From positions 90,001 to 122,000 of the forward strand of contig NC_010631.1 of NCBI RefSeq assembly GCF_000020025.1: 32,000 nt of DNA. Direction: 5' to 3'. The notes under the pieces are model-generated. The model was given only the letters and a program-made list of their open reading frames with translations. It did no database searches and was not told where the DNA came from. The DNA is from Nostoc punctiforme PCC 73102. GTDB lineage: Bacteria > Cyanobacteriota > Cyanobacteriia > Cyanobacteriales > Nostocaceae. Positions 1 to 8,535 of this stretch are shown here, piece after piece. How positions within the stretch are numbered: the stretch's first letter is position 1; every line of letters starts with the position of its first letter. The position numbers and the translations under genes are program-made.

Positions 1-1775
1 GATGGAGAAGTAAGGATAGTGTGTTTTTCAATTAAGTATTTGCCCTGTTCATCTTGTAGTGCAGGGAAGGGAATGAGGAACAAGTTATCTTGAGGGACGA
101 AAATAACACGCTGATTTGGGTCAGTGGGTAAAAGGTCAGCAATGGGTTGAATGAGAAGTTTATGTAGTGTTTGTAAGCTTTTTTGCTGTACTTTTTCATC
201 AACAGGATTAATAACTTTTGCTTCAATAATACTACGGCTTTTATCATCAATACCGAGAGATGCGCGAGTAGTGGTAATTAGGCCTTTTAGAGAGGTATTT
301 TGTTTTTGCCACAGTGGTTTGAGGTCAGTTTTCTGAAATCCTACTTCACCTGTGGGTTTGATTACCCAGATAAAAAGTTCTGATTCTTTAGTTGTTTGTT
401 TACCTGCAATTTTGAAATCATCAAAAATAATTGAATATTGAACCAAGGTTGCATTTTGCACCTTGGCAATTTTTTTAATTTTCTCAATTGTTGCTCTTGG
501 AATCTCTTCCTCGCTTTGTAAGTTAGGTGACAATCGAGATTGAAGTAATTGCACAAATGCCCTAGCGCGACTGCGTTCAGATATTTCTAGTGCATCATTG
601 CTTTTATTCTGGGCAATCAAAACTTTTTGTAGCAATTGATAAGTGACAGTTTGTGTTTCAAAAATTGAAATTTTATTAGCGTCACTTAATCTTGGTCGTA
701 GAGACTCTAAAAGCTTAATTCCATCCTGGAGAGTTTTTTCTGCTTCCACAAACTTGCCAGATTGATAAAACGTACTACCTATATATCTAAGAGTTCGTGC
801 TTCACCCACCTTGTCACCAATTTCTTTAAAAATAGCTAAAGCTTCTCCAAAAAATTTCAGCGCTTGAGGAAACTGACCCTGATAATTGTAAACTCTGCCG
901 ATGTTGCTAAGAGCAACTCCTTTACCCTGTCGATCGCCAACTTCTTTAAAAATGGCTAAGGCTTGCTGAAATAACTCTTGTGCCTGCGGATACTCGCCTT
1001 GATTGCGCCGAAAATCTCCAATGTTGTTGAGAGAAGTTCCTTCACCGCGACGCTCCCCAAGTTTTTTAAAAATAACGAAGGCTTGTTGATAATATTCTAG
1101 AGCTTTAGGATACTGATCTATAGTCCTGTAATAAACGCCAATGCCATTGAGGGTTAATGCTTCTTGCTTCTGGTTGCCAATTTGTCTGAAAATATCTAAA
1201 GATTGCTGTAAGAAATTTAGCGCCTGGGGATACTGCCCTAGACTAGTATTGATATATCCCAGTTCGGCGAGGGTAAAGCCTTCGCCAGAGCGATCGCCTA
1301 CTTGTCTGCGAATAACTAAAGCCTGTTGATAAAACTCTAGGGCTTGAGGATATTGCCCCAAACCTTCATAAACTTTTCCAATATTATTGAGAGCAGTTCC
1401 TTCATTCAAGCGATCGCCTAGTTCTCGGAAAATATTTAAAGCTTGCTTGTAAAAGTTTAGCGCTTGAGTATAGTCACCTAGTGCGCGTTCAACTATGGCA
1501 ATGTAGTTGAGACTCAACGCTTCGCCATTGCGATCGCCAATTTCTTGATAGATAACTAGTGCTTGTTGAAAGAATTGTAGTGCTGCTTTAGGTTGACCAA
1601 TCTGAATCTGCTGATCGCCTTCTTGATAAAGACGTTCTGCTTCTGCTTTGCGGTCAGCAGGAGTTTGCGCCAGTACTTGTTCTACTTGAGTCTGAGCTTT
1701 GAAGCTGATTGGTGACTGTGAAAAAGTAGTAATGAAAGTGGCGATCGCAATTAAACAAAACCTTCTAAGGTACAT
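1..1775 (-). CDS. Secreted TPR-repeat / CHAT-domain (caspase-like protease) protein; C-terminal part runs off the window
   Basis: The reverse-complement frame is open from the ATG (rc of 1773-1775) to position 1. It reads MYLRRFCLIAIATFITTF (signal-peptide-like), then seven ~40-aa TPR units (G.Y..AL.FYQQAL.I....GD..GEG..LNNIG), then ..ALEISERSRARAFVQLL.. and ..FPALQDEQGKYLIEKHTILTSPS. This is colinear with the CHAT proteins at 21040 and 28615. It is missing from the ORF track because it is truncated by the window edge. Confidence 0.85.
   Translation of the reverse strand, partial: MYLRRFCLIAIATFITTFSQSPISFKAQTQVEQVLAQTPADRKAEAERLYQEGDQQIQIGQPKAALQFFQQALVIYQEIGDRNGEALSLNYIAIVERALGDYTQALNFYKQALNIFRELGDRLNEGTALNNIGKVYEGLGQYPQALEFYQQALVIRRQVGDRSGEGFTLAELGYINTSLGQYPQALNFLQQSLDIFRQIGNQKQEALTLNGIGVYYRTIDQYPKALEYYQQAFVIFKKLGERRGEGTSLNNIGDFRRNQGEYPQAQELFQQALAIFKEVGDRQGKGVALSNIGRVYNYQGQFPQALKFFGEALAIFKEIGDKVGEARTLRYIGSTFYQSGKFVEAEKTLQDGIKLLESLRPRLSDANKISIFETQTVTYQLLQKVLIAQNKSNDALEISERSRARAFVQLLQSRLSPNLQSEEEIPRATIEKIKKIAKVQNATLVQYSIIFDDFKIAGKQTTKESELFIWVIKPTGEVGFQKTDLKPLWQKQNTSLKGLITTTRASLGIDDKSRSIIEAKVINPVDEKVQQKSLQTLHKLLIQPIADLLPTDPNQRVIFVPQDNLFLIPFPALQDEQGKYLIEKHTILTSP
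760..1600 (-). repeat. Array of about seven 120-bp (40-aa) TPR coding repeats inside the 1-1775 gene
   Basis: The translated sequence shows a 40-aa periodicity. The boundaries are approximate. Confidence 0.7.
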
Positions 1776-1808
1776 GGCTATGACTGAGTAGGGAAGATGA
1801 ACCTGATT

Positions 1809-1843
1809 GTATATATCTCCCACAGGAGGAAGGTTATGTAAAT
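1809..1843 (-). promoter_or_regulatory. Copy A of the bipartite upstream motif (ATTTACATAACCTTCCTCCTGTGGGAGATATATAC on the minus strand)
   Basis: It lies about 33 nt upstream of the minus-strand TPR-CHAT start. It shares TT(G/A)CATA, a 14-15 nt spacer and (G)AGAGATATATA with the copies at 3254, 3468, 20958, 27825 and 28551. Confidence 0.45.
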
Positions 1844-1981
1844 ATATGGTAACTGCCTAGCTAGTAGGATTTGAGAAAAGCAAAAGAGAGACATTACCAA
1901 GTAACGCATCAGTAATAACTAGAATAAGCTAATCGGCACATAAGTTGCATAATAAGAAGATGAAGCCGTTCAAAAGCAACT

Positions 1982-3133
1982 ATGCCGCCACCAGCCAAGA
2001 ATTTTTTAACTACGGAACAAGTTAGTAAGTTACAGCAAGCTCTAAAAGAGAGCGAGCTACCCCACGTCAGGGAAAGAATTCTAATTATTTTGCTCCAAAA
2101 CGATGGGAAACCGCAACAGGAAACTGCTAAATTTTTAGGCTGTTCGCGCAGAACAGTGGCATATTGGTGTATGCACGGTGATCCAGATGATCTAGAAACT
2201 CTACATAATAAAAGAGAGTACGAACATTATCGAAAAGCTACTCCTGAATATATTGAACTGTTATTAAAAACTGTTGACCAAGAGCCATCAGATTTAGGCT
2301 ACGACTTTGGCAGATGGACGGCAGAAAGATTAGCCACATATTTAACCCAGAAAACAGGGATTGATTTAAGTAGTTCTCAGTTAAGGAGGATATTAAAGCG
2401 AAAAAAGTATAGTTATATCTGGGCTAAATATGACCTAGAAGATAAACAAAATCCAATTGAAAGAGCGAAGTTTAAAGAGAAACTTACTCAATATTTATCA
2501 ATAGCACGAGAACAGCCAGAGCGTTTTCAGGTATGGTTTTGGGACGTTAGCGTAGCGGGCGCGCGTACCCGCGCGACGAGCGGTTTTAGTTTACGTGTGA
2601 TTCGATGCAAGGGATGGGGTAAAAAAGGAAAACGCAAGAATGTTCCAGGAGAACGGCGTTGTGGTCGAGTAAATGTCATGGGGGCAATCAGAGAGCTAGA
2701 CCGGAAACGCGTATGCTTTTTTGTAAAAAAGGGAAACGCAGATATTTTTTATGAGCAATTACAACAATTAAATGGACTAATAAAACAAGAATGGGTTAGT
2801 ATTGGAAACCGTTTTGAAGATTTTGCGAAATCTGGCCCGAAGATTATTTTAATTTTAGATAATGCTAGTTTTCATAAGCGCAAAGATGTTCTAACTAAAA
2901 TATCTCAAGAGTTTCCCAACTTTGTTTTAGAGTTTTTACCTGCTTACAGCCCAGATTACAACATCATCGAATTAGTTTGGCATTCATGTAAAGAATATAT
3001 TGCTCACCGTCTATTTAAATTAGTGGATGAATTAAAATCATTACTAGATAAGTTGTTAAATCAAGGTGAGTTAGTAATTAAGTGGCATCGGAAAATAAGA
3101 AATAAAGGCAATATCCACTATGTTGCAGCTTAA
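1982..3133 (+). CDS. IS630/Tc1-mariner-type DDE transposase (383 aa)
   Basis: The N-terminus is HTH-like (ETAKFLGCSRRTVAYWC). The DDE region reads VWFWD..SGFSLR, ILILDNASFHK and LPAYSPDYNIIELVW. The ORF sits inside the TIR-bounded element. Confidence 0.85.
   Translation: MPPPAKNFLTTEQVSKLQQALKESELPHVRERILIILLQNDGKPQQETAKFLGCSRRTVAYWCMHGDPDDLETLHNKREYEHYRKATPEYIELLLKTVDQEPSDLGYDFGRWTAERLATYLTQKTGIDLSSSQLRRILKRKKYSYIWAKYDLEDKQNPIERAKFKEKLTQYLSIAREQPERFQVWFWDVSVAGARTRATSGFSLRVIRCKGWGKKGKRKNVPGERRCGRVNVMGAIRELDRKRVCFFVKKGNADIFYEQLQQLNGLIKQEWVSIGNRFEDFAKSGPKIILILDNASFHKRKDVLTKISQEFPNFVLEFLPAYSPDYNIIELVWHSCKEYIAHRLFKLVDELKSLLDKLLNQGELVIKWHRKIRNKGNIHYVAA
2546..2578 (+). repeat. 33-nt GC-rich palindromic in-frame insertion in the transposase (encodes VSVAGARTRAT)
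   Basis: GTTAGCGTAGCGGGCGCGCGTACCCGCGCGACG is very GC-rich compared with the surrounding AT-rich ORF. It contains the GCGCG-TACC-CGCGC hairpin. It splits the FWD/SGFSL motif that is contiguous in IS630-type transposases. Confidence 0.5.
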
Positions 3134-3253
3134 ATGCTGATTAGCTTACCAGTTAAATGCTGAATTAATAGAAACAGCACTATTGATTGGCGAAAGCTTG
3201 TAAGTCATGTTTGCATAAATTGGCGACGTGAAAAAACATACAGCACCAAGCAG

Positions 3254-3290
3254 TTTTGCATAAGTTCCTCAGTGCTGGAGATACAGGTAA
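3254..3290 (+). promoter_or_regulatory. Copy F (divergent) of the bipartite upstream motif: TTTTGCATAAGTTCCTCAGTGCTGGAGATACAGGTAA
   Basis: It has the same TTGCATA half-site and the same 15-nt spacing to GGAGATA. The second half is degenerate. Confidence 0.3.
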
Positions 3291-3467
3291 TAAACCGTAG
3301 AGACGAAGGTTGCTGGCGCAAAACTTTATATCTCGGAGCAATGGGGGGGTATGTAAAAACTAAATTTGACATTGTAGAACAGTGTGATGAATTGTGGCAA
3401 GCAGACGACGCAGGGGGGAATGAAAGGAAGTTGCTAAATCATCCCGCTTTCTCTACAACGCCCTAAA

Positions 3468-3503
3468 TTTTTACATAAGCTCTCCGCGATGAGAGATATA
3501 TGT
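3468..3503 (+). promoter_or_regulatory. Copy B of the bipartite upstream motif: TTTTTACATAAGCTCTCCGCGATGAGAGATATATGT
   Basis: It lies about 89 nt upstream of the small ORF at 3593 that heads the lanthipeptide cluster. It matches the copies upstream of the CHAT/TPR genes. Confidence 0.45.
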
Positions 3504-3592
3504 TAGCGTCGGCAACCACGCAAAGCCGAAGTAAAGAAAGATAACTGCACAATTTCCTACTGAGACTGACTTGATACTAAAGGGGAGTTATA

Positions 3593-3709
3593 ATGTCTAA
3601 TTTTTCTTATCACTCGCATGGTGAACATTGGGAATTTGGCAAGGTTGGATTAGTCATATTAGGTGTGGTAGTTATCCGAAGTCTTTTTATTGTGATTCGT
3701 CAACAATAA
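3593..3709 (+). CDS. Hypothetical 38-aa membrane peptide (MSNFSYHSHGEHWEFGKVGLVILGVVVIRSLFIVIRQQ)
   Basis: The ATG is preceded by an AAGGGGAG Shine-Dalgarno-like sequence with about 7 nt spacing. The peptide has a His-rich N-terminus and one hydrophobic helix. It ends 19 nt before the regulator gene. It is too short to appear in the ORF track. Confidence 0.35.
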   Translation: MSNFSYHSHGEHWEFGKVGLVILGVVVIRSLFIVIRQQ

Positions 3710-3728
3710 TTTTTATTAATCTAAAAAA

Positions 3729-4574
3729 ATGCCCAATATTATCATAATTGAACGAGATATCAACTACCTGAAAATATTCATTAAATGTATGAAAGAGAGT
3801 GGTTTTGAAGTTGTTTGTATGAACAATACAAAACTGGTTTCTCAGGTAGCACAAAAGCAGTTACCAGACTTGATAATTTGTAGTCTTGAGATAGCAAAAC
3901 AAAATAATTGTAATTTCTGGAATAATCTGTGCCAAAACTTTGTTACAGCAACAATTCCCTTAATTTTTCTAATTAATGAAGCATCTGAGATTTATCAATG
4001 TCCTGAATTTGCAGCAGATGGCTATATCACTAAATTTTGTACAACAGAGGAACTGAATAAAGCCATCAAAGCCCAACTAGCGAAGCAAGCCGCCCGCAAA
4101 CATGGGTATGCTATTCAGTCTCAACAAGTTTTAAATTCACCTTCAATTGGCAACGATCAACCCAATGTTCAGTCGATTTTACCATCTATTCCTCGCCTCA
4201 ATCTGGTATTTGAGTTTATAGCAGCTAATTACGACAAACCTATCAGTTTATGTGACGTAGCTGAGGCATTAGGTTACTCTGCAACTTATTTAACTACTGT
4301 TGTTACGCAAACAACAGGAAAATCTTTGCAGAAATGGATAATTGAGTGCCGGATAACGGCTGCACAAATATTATTACTGCAAACTGACCAATCAGTTAAT
4401 CAAATTGCTCTTAAGGTGGGATATGAAAATCTTGCTCATTTCTATAGACAGTTTCGTGATTATCATGGAACTTCTCCTCAAGTTTGGAGAGAAGTAGAAA
4501 AATCTCACAATAGTCACCAGCTAAACAAAGATAAAGCATCCCTAAATTCAAATAATTTTGGTGACTTTCAGTGA
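3729..4574 (+). CDS. AraC/XylS-family transcriptional regulator with an N-terminal degenerate (pseudo-)receiver domain
   Basis: The C-terminus carries an AraC double HTH (ISLCDVAEALGYSATYLTTVV ... VNQIALKVGYENLAHFYRQFRDYHGTSPQVWR). The N-terminal ~120 aa follow the CheY-like beta/alpha pattern, but the acidic pocket reads IIIIERD and the phospho-acceptor position reads DLIICSLE, with no Asp. Confidence 0.75.
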   Translation: MPNIIIIERDINYLKIFIKCMKESGFEVVCMNNTKLVSQVAQKQLPDLIICSLEIAKQNNCNFWNNLCQNFVTATIPLIFLINEASEIYQCPEFAADGYITKFCTTEELNKAIKAQLAKQAARKHGYAIQSQQVLNSPSIGNDQPNVQSILPSIPRLNLVFEFIAANYDKPISLCDVAEALGYSATYLTTVVTQTTGKSLQKWIIECRITAAQILLLQTDQSVNQIALKVGYENLAHFYRQFRDYHGTSPQVWREVEKSHNSHQLNKDKASLNSNNFGDFQ

Positions 4575-4654
4575 AAACTGCAAGTACTAAGCAACTTAAT
4601 CACTTAGATTCGTTGAGATAATCAAATATCTTCGGTGTAATTTTACTCAAAAAA

Positions 4655-7600
4655 ATGGAAGAACGTGAAATGATTAATAATGAATTCAAAACAACATCAA
4701 CTCAAGTTAAGGTAGTGCAGATTGCCAGTAAAGCTACCTTCTTATTTGAACGATTAATTAATAATAATCTGTCGCTTAATGTCACTCATTTCAACGAAAA
4801 AGAAGCTGATAAACGTATAGTGGATTGGTGTAAAGTTATTGCTAAAGGCGACCTGGAAGTATTTCATAAGCGTTTAGAATGGAGTAATTGGAATATTGAA
4901 ACAATACGTGATTTATTTGGGACAGAGCCAATTTTTGATAGCCAAAACTTGCCAAATTGGGTAAAAACTTTATCAGACATTATCCACATCCTTTCAGAGT
5001 CTAATATCCAAAAGATATCTCCAAACGCCAGTGAACCGGAAAATCCCTATCCTTTTGAAGAAATATTATTAGCTCTAGTTGCAGTGGCACGTCAGAAATT
5101 ACTAAATTGCTTAGGTTTTGACTCATTATCTCCAGACACTTTACCATTAAAGATACTTAGTGAAGCTGCTTACTTAAATCTAGAGAAAGCTTTACTGCAA
5201 AAACTATTTAATTTAAGTGCAAAAGCTTTAGAATTTGAATTTTCTATTTCTCGCAGTTTTGGCAAAAACTTTCTTAGCCAATTCATCAAGAACACGAAAA
5301 ATGTGCATAGTACAGAGCTATATAAGACTTTTATTCAAAAGTCATTGGCTGACGGATTGTTAGGATTTTTTCAAAAGTATCCTTTGTTAGCTAGGTTCAT
5401 TGTTACAACAATTGATTTTTGGGTAGAAGCTACAAAGGAATTTTTAGAGAGACTTGATGCTGATTTAGGAGAAATCCAGCAAAAAATTCATCCATTAGCA
5501 AATACAGAAAATTATCAAGCTTTTGATACAGTTATAGAAATTAAATCGGCTATATCTGACTCCCATAATCAAAATCGTTCTGTAATTGCCCTCACATTTG
5601 CATCAGGCAGAAAGCTAGTGTATAAACCCAAAAATTTAGGGTTAGAAGTTGCCTTTTGTCAGTTTTTAGAATGGTGTAATCAAGAATTAACATTAGGACA
5701 AAATCATCCCTCTTTAAACCTCAAAGTTTTACAAGTTATAAACCGAGGAGATTATGGTTGGGTGGAGTATATAGAGCAGAAACCCTGTGAAGATGAAGCA
5801 GCAGCACAGCGTTTTTATATCCGAGCAGGTATGTTGCTATGCCTGTTATATGTATTAGGAGGAACTGACTGTCACAATGAGAATTTAATAGCTTGTGGCG
5901 AAAACTTAGTGTTGGTTGATATGGAAACTGTCATGCAGCACGAAGCAAAATTAATGGGGGTTTCCTTAGACCAAAGTGCAACATCACTAGCCACTAATCA
6001 ACTCTTTGATTCAGTCCTTCGCACTGGACTACTACCAATGTGGGAATTCGCTGCTAATGATTCCATAGCCTGCGATTTTAGCGGTCTTGGTAGTGTTGAG
6101 GTACAGCCAGTACCAATACCGATGCCAGTATGGAAATTTATCAACACTGATGATATGCACCAAGGGTATGAAAAACTTGACAGACCTTTAGAGGCGAATA
6201 TAGCGCTTTTAAACGGGATGCCACTATCACCGAAAAACTACATAAATGAGTTAGTTATTGGCTTTGAACAAATGTATTGCTTCTTGATGAGACAAAAAGA
6301 AGTACTGCTAGCTGCTAACAGTCCACTCAATGTATTTCATGCTCAAAAAGTGCGATTTATCTTTCGTCCCACCAGAGTTTATGGAATGCTTCTTGGTCAG
6401 GTAATGACTCCAGAATTCCTTCAGCACGGACTTGATTGGAGTATACAAGTAGATGTCTTGAGTCGGTCATTTCTGACTAATGGGGATAAACCCTTGGCTT
6501 GGCAGATTCTTCTTGAAGAACTCAAGGCTATAAGTCAGTTAGATATTCCCTACTTCAGTGGTCTGGTTGATGGGGATACTTTACCTCTAGGAGAAGAGAA
6601 AGCTATAGTTGAGTATTTTAAAACATCCTGCTTGTCTCAAGTTAGATCAAGATTACAAAAGTTGAATGAAAATGACTTGGCACAACAACTGAGCATTATT
6701 CAATTGGCTTTTTATGCTAAAGAAGCACGAATTCTGCAAACAAATCCAAGTAGTTCTATATCACAGGAGGCAGAGTATGATTCTGCGCTCGTGTTGACAT
6801 CAGCAGAATTGTTAGAGCAAGCACAGGAAATTGCCAGCGAAATTCAAAACCGAGCTATCTGTGGTGCTGATGATAGCCTGACTTGGATTAGTTTGACTTA
6901 CGTCCTCAGTGCTGAACGATTCCAACTGATGCCCCTGGGCTATAGTTTCTACGATGGTAATTGCGGCATCGCTGTATTTTTAGCAGCTTTAGCTCGTGTG
7001 ACAGGTAAAACGCTATATCGTGATTTAGCTTTGAGAGCTATACAGCCTCTGCAAAATTATTTGCAAACATCCGATACTAAAACAGACTTGGATACAGCGT
7101 TAAATCTGGGGATTGGAGGTGCTACAGGACTTGGTTCCATTATCTATAGTTTTGTCAAAATCAGCCAATTTTTAGAAGTGCCTCAGTTGTGTGCAGATGT
7201 CCAGCGATTTGCTAACTTAATTACACCTACAGCAATTTCTGCCGATCGCAAGTTTGACATTATTGGGGGAGCAGCAGGAGCAATTTTGGGACTTTTGGCA
7301 CTTGCTCAAGAACAGCCGATGGTTTTAAAACAAGCGATCGCCTGCGGTCAGCACCTGTTAAAGTACTGCAACGAAGTGTTTGGGAAAACTTCAAATCTCA
7401 AGGGTTTAATTGGTTTTTCTCACGGTGCAGCCGGTATTGCTTACGCATTGCTGCGTCTCTATGCGGTCACTCAAGATACTGATTACTTGGATGCGGCTCG
7501 GATGGCGATCGCCTACGAAAATGCCTTATTCTATCCCTCAGTTGGTAACTGGCGAGAAATCACTCCTGTTTATGACCCTGCTTCACTGCCCGTTTTTTGG

Positions 7601-8005
7601 TCAACTTGGTGTCATGGGGCTCCTGGAATTGCTCTAGGGAGGTTGGGGAGTTTATCAATTGATCGTTCAGAGCAAATTCTGACTGATATTGAAGTAGCCC
7701 TAAAAACTACTCAAAACACTGCCTTACAAACTATCGACCATCTCTGCTGTGGTAACTTAGGACGATGTGAAGTCATGCTAGTAGCTGCACAAAAGCTTCA
7801 CAATCCTGACTGGTATCAAGCTGCTCAACAGTTAGCAGCCATAGCAGTAGCACGAGCCACACGAAAAGGAAGGTATGAGTTGTTTGGTGACTTACCTAAT
7901 TTTGTATACAATCCCTCTTTGTTCCAGGGGGCTGCGGGAATCGGATATCAATTACTACGACTAGCTTATCCAGAAGAACTGCCCTCAGTTCTGCTTTGGG
8001 AATAA
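4655..8005 (+). CDS. lanM: Class II lanthipeptide synthetase LanM (ProcM-like, CCG zinc-ligand type), 1116 aa
   Basis: The N-terminal kinase-like dehydratase region contains GGTDCHNENLIACGENLVLVDMETV. The C-terminal LanC-like cyclase has the motifs SHGAAGIAYAL, WCHGAPGIALG and HLCCGNLGRCE. The size is typical of LanM. Confidence 0.92.
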   Translation: MEEREMINNEFKTTSTQVKVVQIASKATFLFERLINNNLSLNVTHFNEKEADKRIVDWCKVIAKGDLEVFHKRLEWSNWNIETIRDLFGTEPIFDSQNLPNWVKTLSDIIHILSESNIQKISPNASEPENPYPFEEILLALVAVARQKLLNCLGFDSLSPDTLPLKILSEAAYLNLEKALLQKLFNLSAKALEFEFSISRSFGKNFLSQFIKNTKNVHSTELYKTFIQKSLADGLLGFFQKYPLLARFIVTTIDFWVEATKEFLERLDADLGEIQQKIHPLANTENYQAFDTVIEIKSAISDSHNQNRSVIALTFASGRKLVYKPKNLGLEVAFCQFLEWCNQELTLGQNHPSLNLKVLQVINRGDYGWVEYIEQKPCEDEAAAQRFYIRAGMLLCLLYVLGGTDCHNENLIACGENLVLVDMETVMQHEAKLMGVSLDQSATSLATNQLFDSVLRTGLLPMWEFAANDSIACDFSGLGSVEVQPVPIPMPVWKFINTDDMHQGYEKLDRPLEANIALLNGMPLSPKNYINELVIGFEQMYCFLMRQKEVLLAANSPLNVFHAQKVRFIFRPTRVYGMLLGQVMTPEFLQHGLDWSIQVDVLSRSFLTNGDKPLAWQILLEELKAISQLDIPYFSGLVDGDTLPLGEEKAIVEYFKTSCLSQVRSRLQKLNENDLAQQLSIIQLAFYAKEARILQTNPSSSISQEAEYDSALVLTSAELLEQAQEIASEIQNRAICGADDSLTWISLTYVLSAERFQLMPLGYSFYDGNCGIAVFLAALARVTGKTLYRDLALRAIQPLQNYLQTSDTKTDLDTALNLGIGGATGLGSIIYSFVKISQFLEVPQLCADVQRFANLITPTAISADRKFDIIGGAAGAILGLLALAQEQPMVLKQAIACGQHLLKYCNEVFGKTSNLKGLIGFSHGAAGIAYALLRLYAVTQDTDYLDAARMAIAYENALFYPSVGNWREITPVYDPASLPVFWSTWCHGAPGIALGRLGSLSIDRSEQILTDIEVALKTTQNTALQTIDHLCCGNLGRCEVMLVAAQKLHNPDWYQAAQQLAAIAVARATRKGRYELFGDLPNFVYNPSLFQGAAGIGYQLLRLAYPEELPSVLLWE

Positions 8006-8316
8006 GGCTGTCACAAAAGTAACAAATCTGAGAAAGAAAGGCAGAAGTTCGAGGGCAGAAGGCAAAAGGTTAGGAGTAACAATTAAAACTTTAGTTCTGG
8101 GTCTAAAGCCAGTTTAGATAAATAATTATACCGAGACTGCTTGCAGCAAGGTATAAAACGTCCTTGTTACAATCCCACTCTTTTAAGGGTGGGTTGCCTT
8201 CTGCCTTTTGAAAACAATTTACATACTGAAGCTACTGATAATACAAATTTGTCGGTAGCTTACTCAATTTTGAATTTTTAAACTGATAGCAATTTTAGAA
8301 ATAAACCTTGTAAAGA

Positions 8317-8409
8317 CGCAAAATTTTGCGGATATATTTTTTAAATTTTAATTTGTATAAATAAAAAATATCAAAGTAAATGTGATTACTCAACAAATAA
8401 TATGTGATT
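8317..8409 (+). promoter_or_regulatory. Candidate operator region upstream of the precursor gene: a 14-bp perfect palindrome and two direct repeats
   Basis: The palindrome is CGCAAAATTTTGCG (8317-8330). ATGTGATT occurs at 8380-8387 and 8402-8409, 22 bp apart, in the AT-rich lanM-lanA spacer 130-220 nt upstream of the lanA ATG. Confidence 0.25.
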
Positions 8410-8535
8410 GTTATAGATATTTTTAGCGAATAACATAATAAGTGTCAGTGCAAGAGACTAAATAGAAATACTAAATATAAAAAGTCTTTTGTACTGCAAT
8501 GCTAATCAAAACTTCATCAATAGGAAAAAATAGTC

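Larger units (their letters stand above)
1927..3146 (+). mobile_element. IS630-family insertion sequence (about 1.2 kb) with imperfect 23-bp terminal inverted repeats and a TA target duplication
   Basis: The left end is AGCTAATCGGCACATAAGTTGCA (1927-1949). The reverse complement of the right end (3124-3146) is AGCTAATCAGCATTTAAGCTGCA, a 19/23 match. A TA dinucleotide flanks both ends (1925-1926 and 3147-3148). The element carries a single transposase ORF whose stop codon lies inside the right IR. Confidence 0.85.

Noticed and set aside
32-1329. Track ORFs 32-250(-), 151-336(+), 362-556(-) and 1141-1329(+).
   Set aside because: All lie inside the long minus-strand TPR-CHAT reading frame, but in other frames or on the other strand. 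Their low-complexity translations are typical of shadow ORFs.
3272-3466. 64-aa ORF (GTG start) in the spacer between the IS630 element and the lanthipeptide cluster.
   Set aside because: It has no RBS, no recognisable motif and odd composition. It begins inside motif copy F (3254-3290) and ends just before copy B (3468-3503), so the region is more likely non-coding regulatory DNA.
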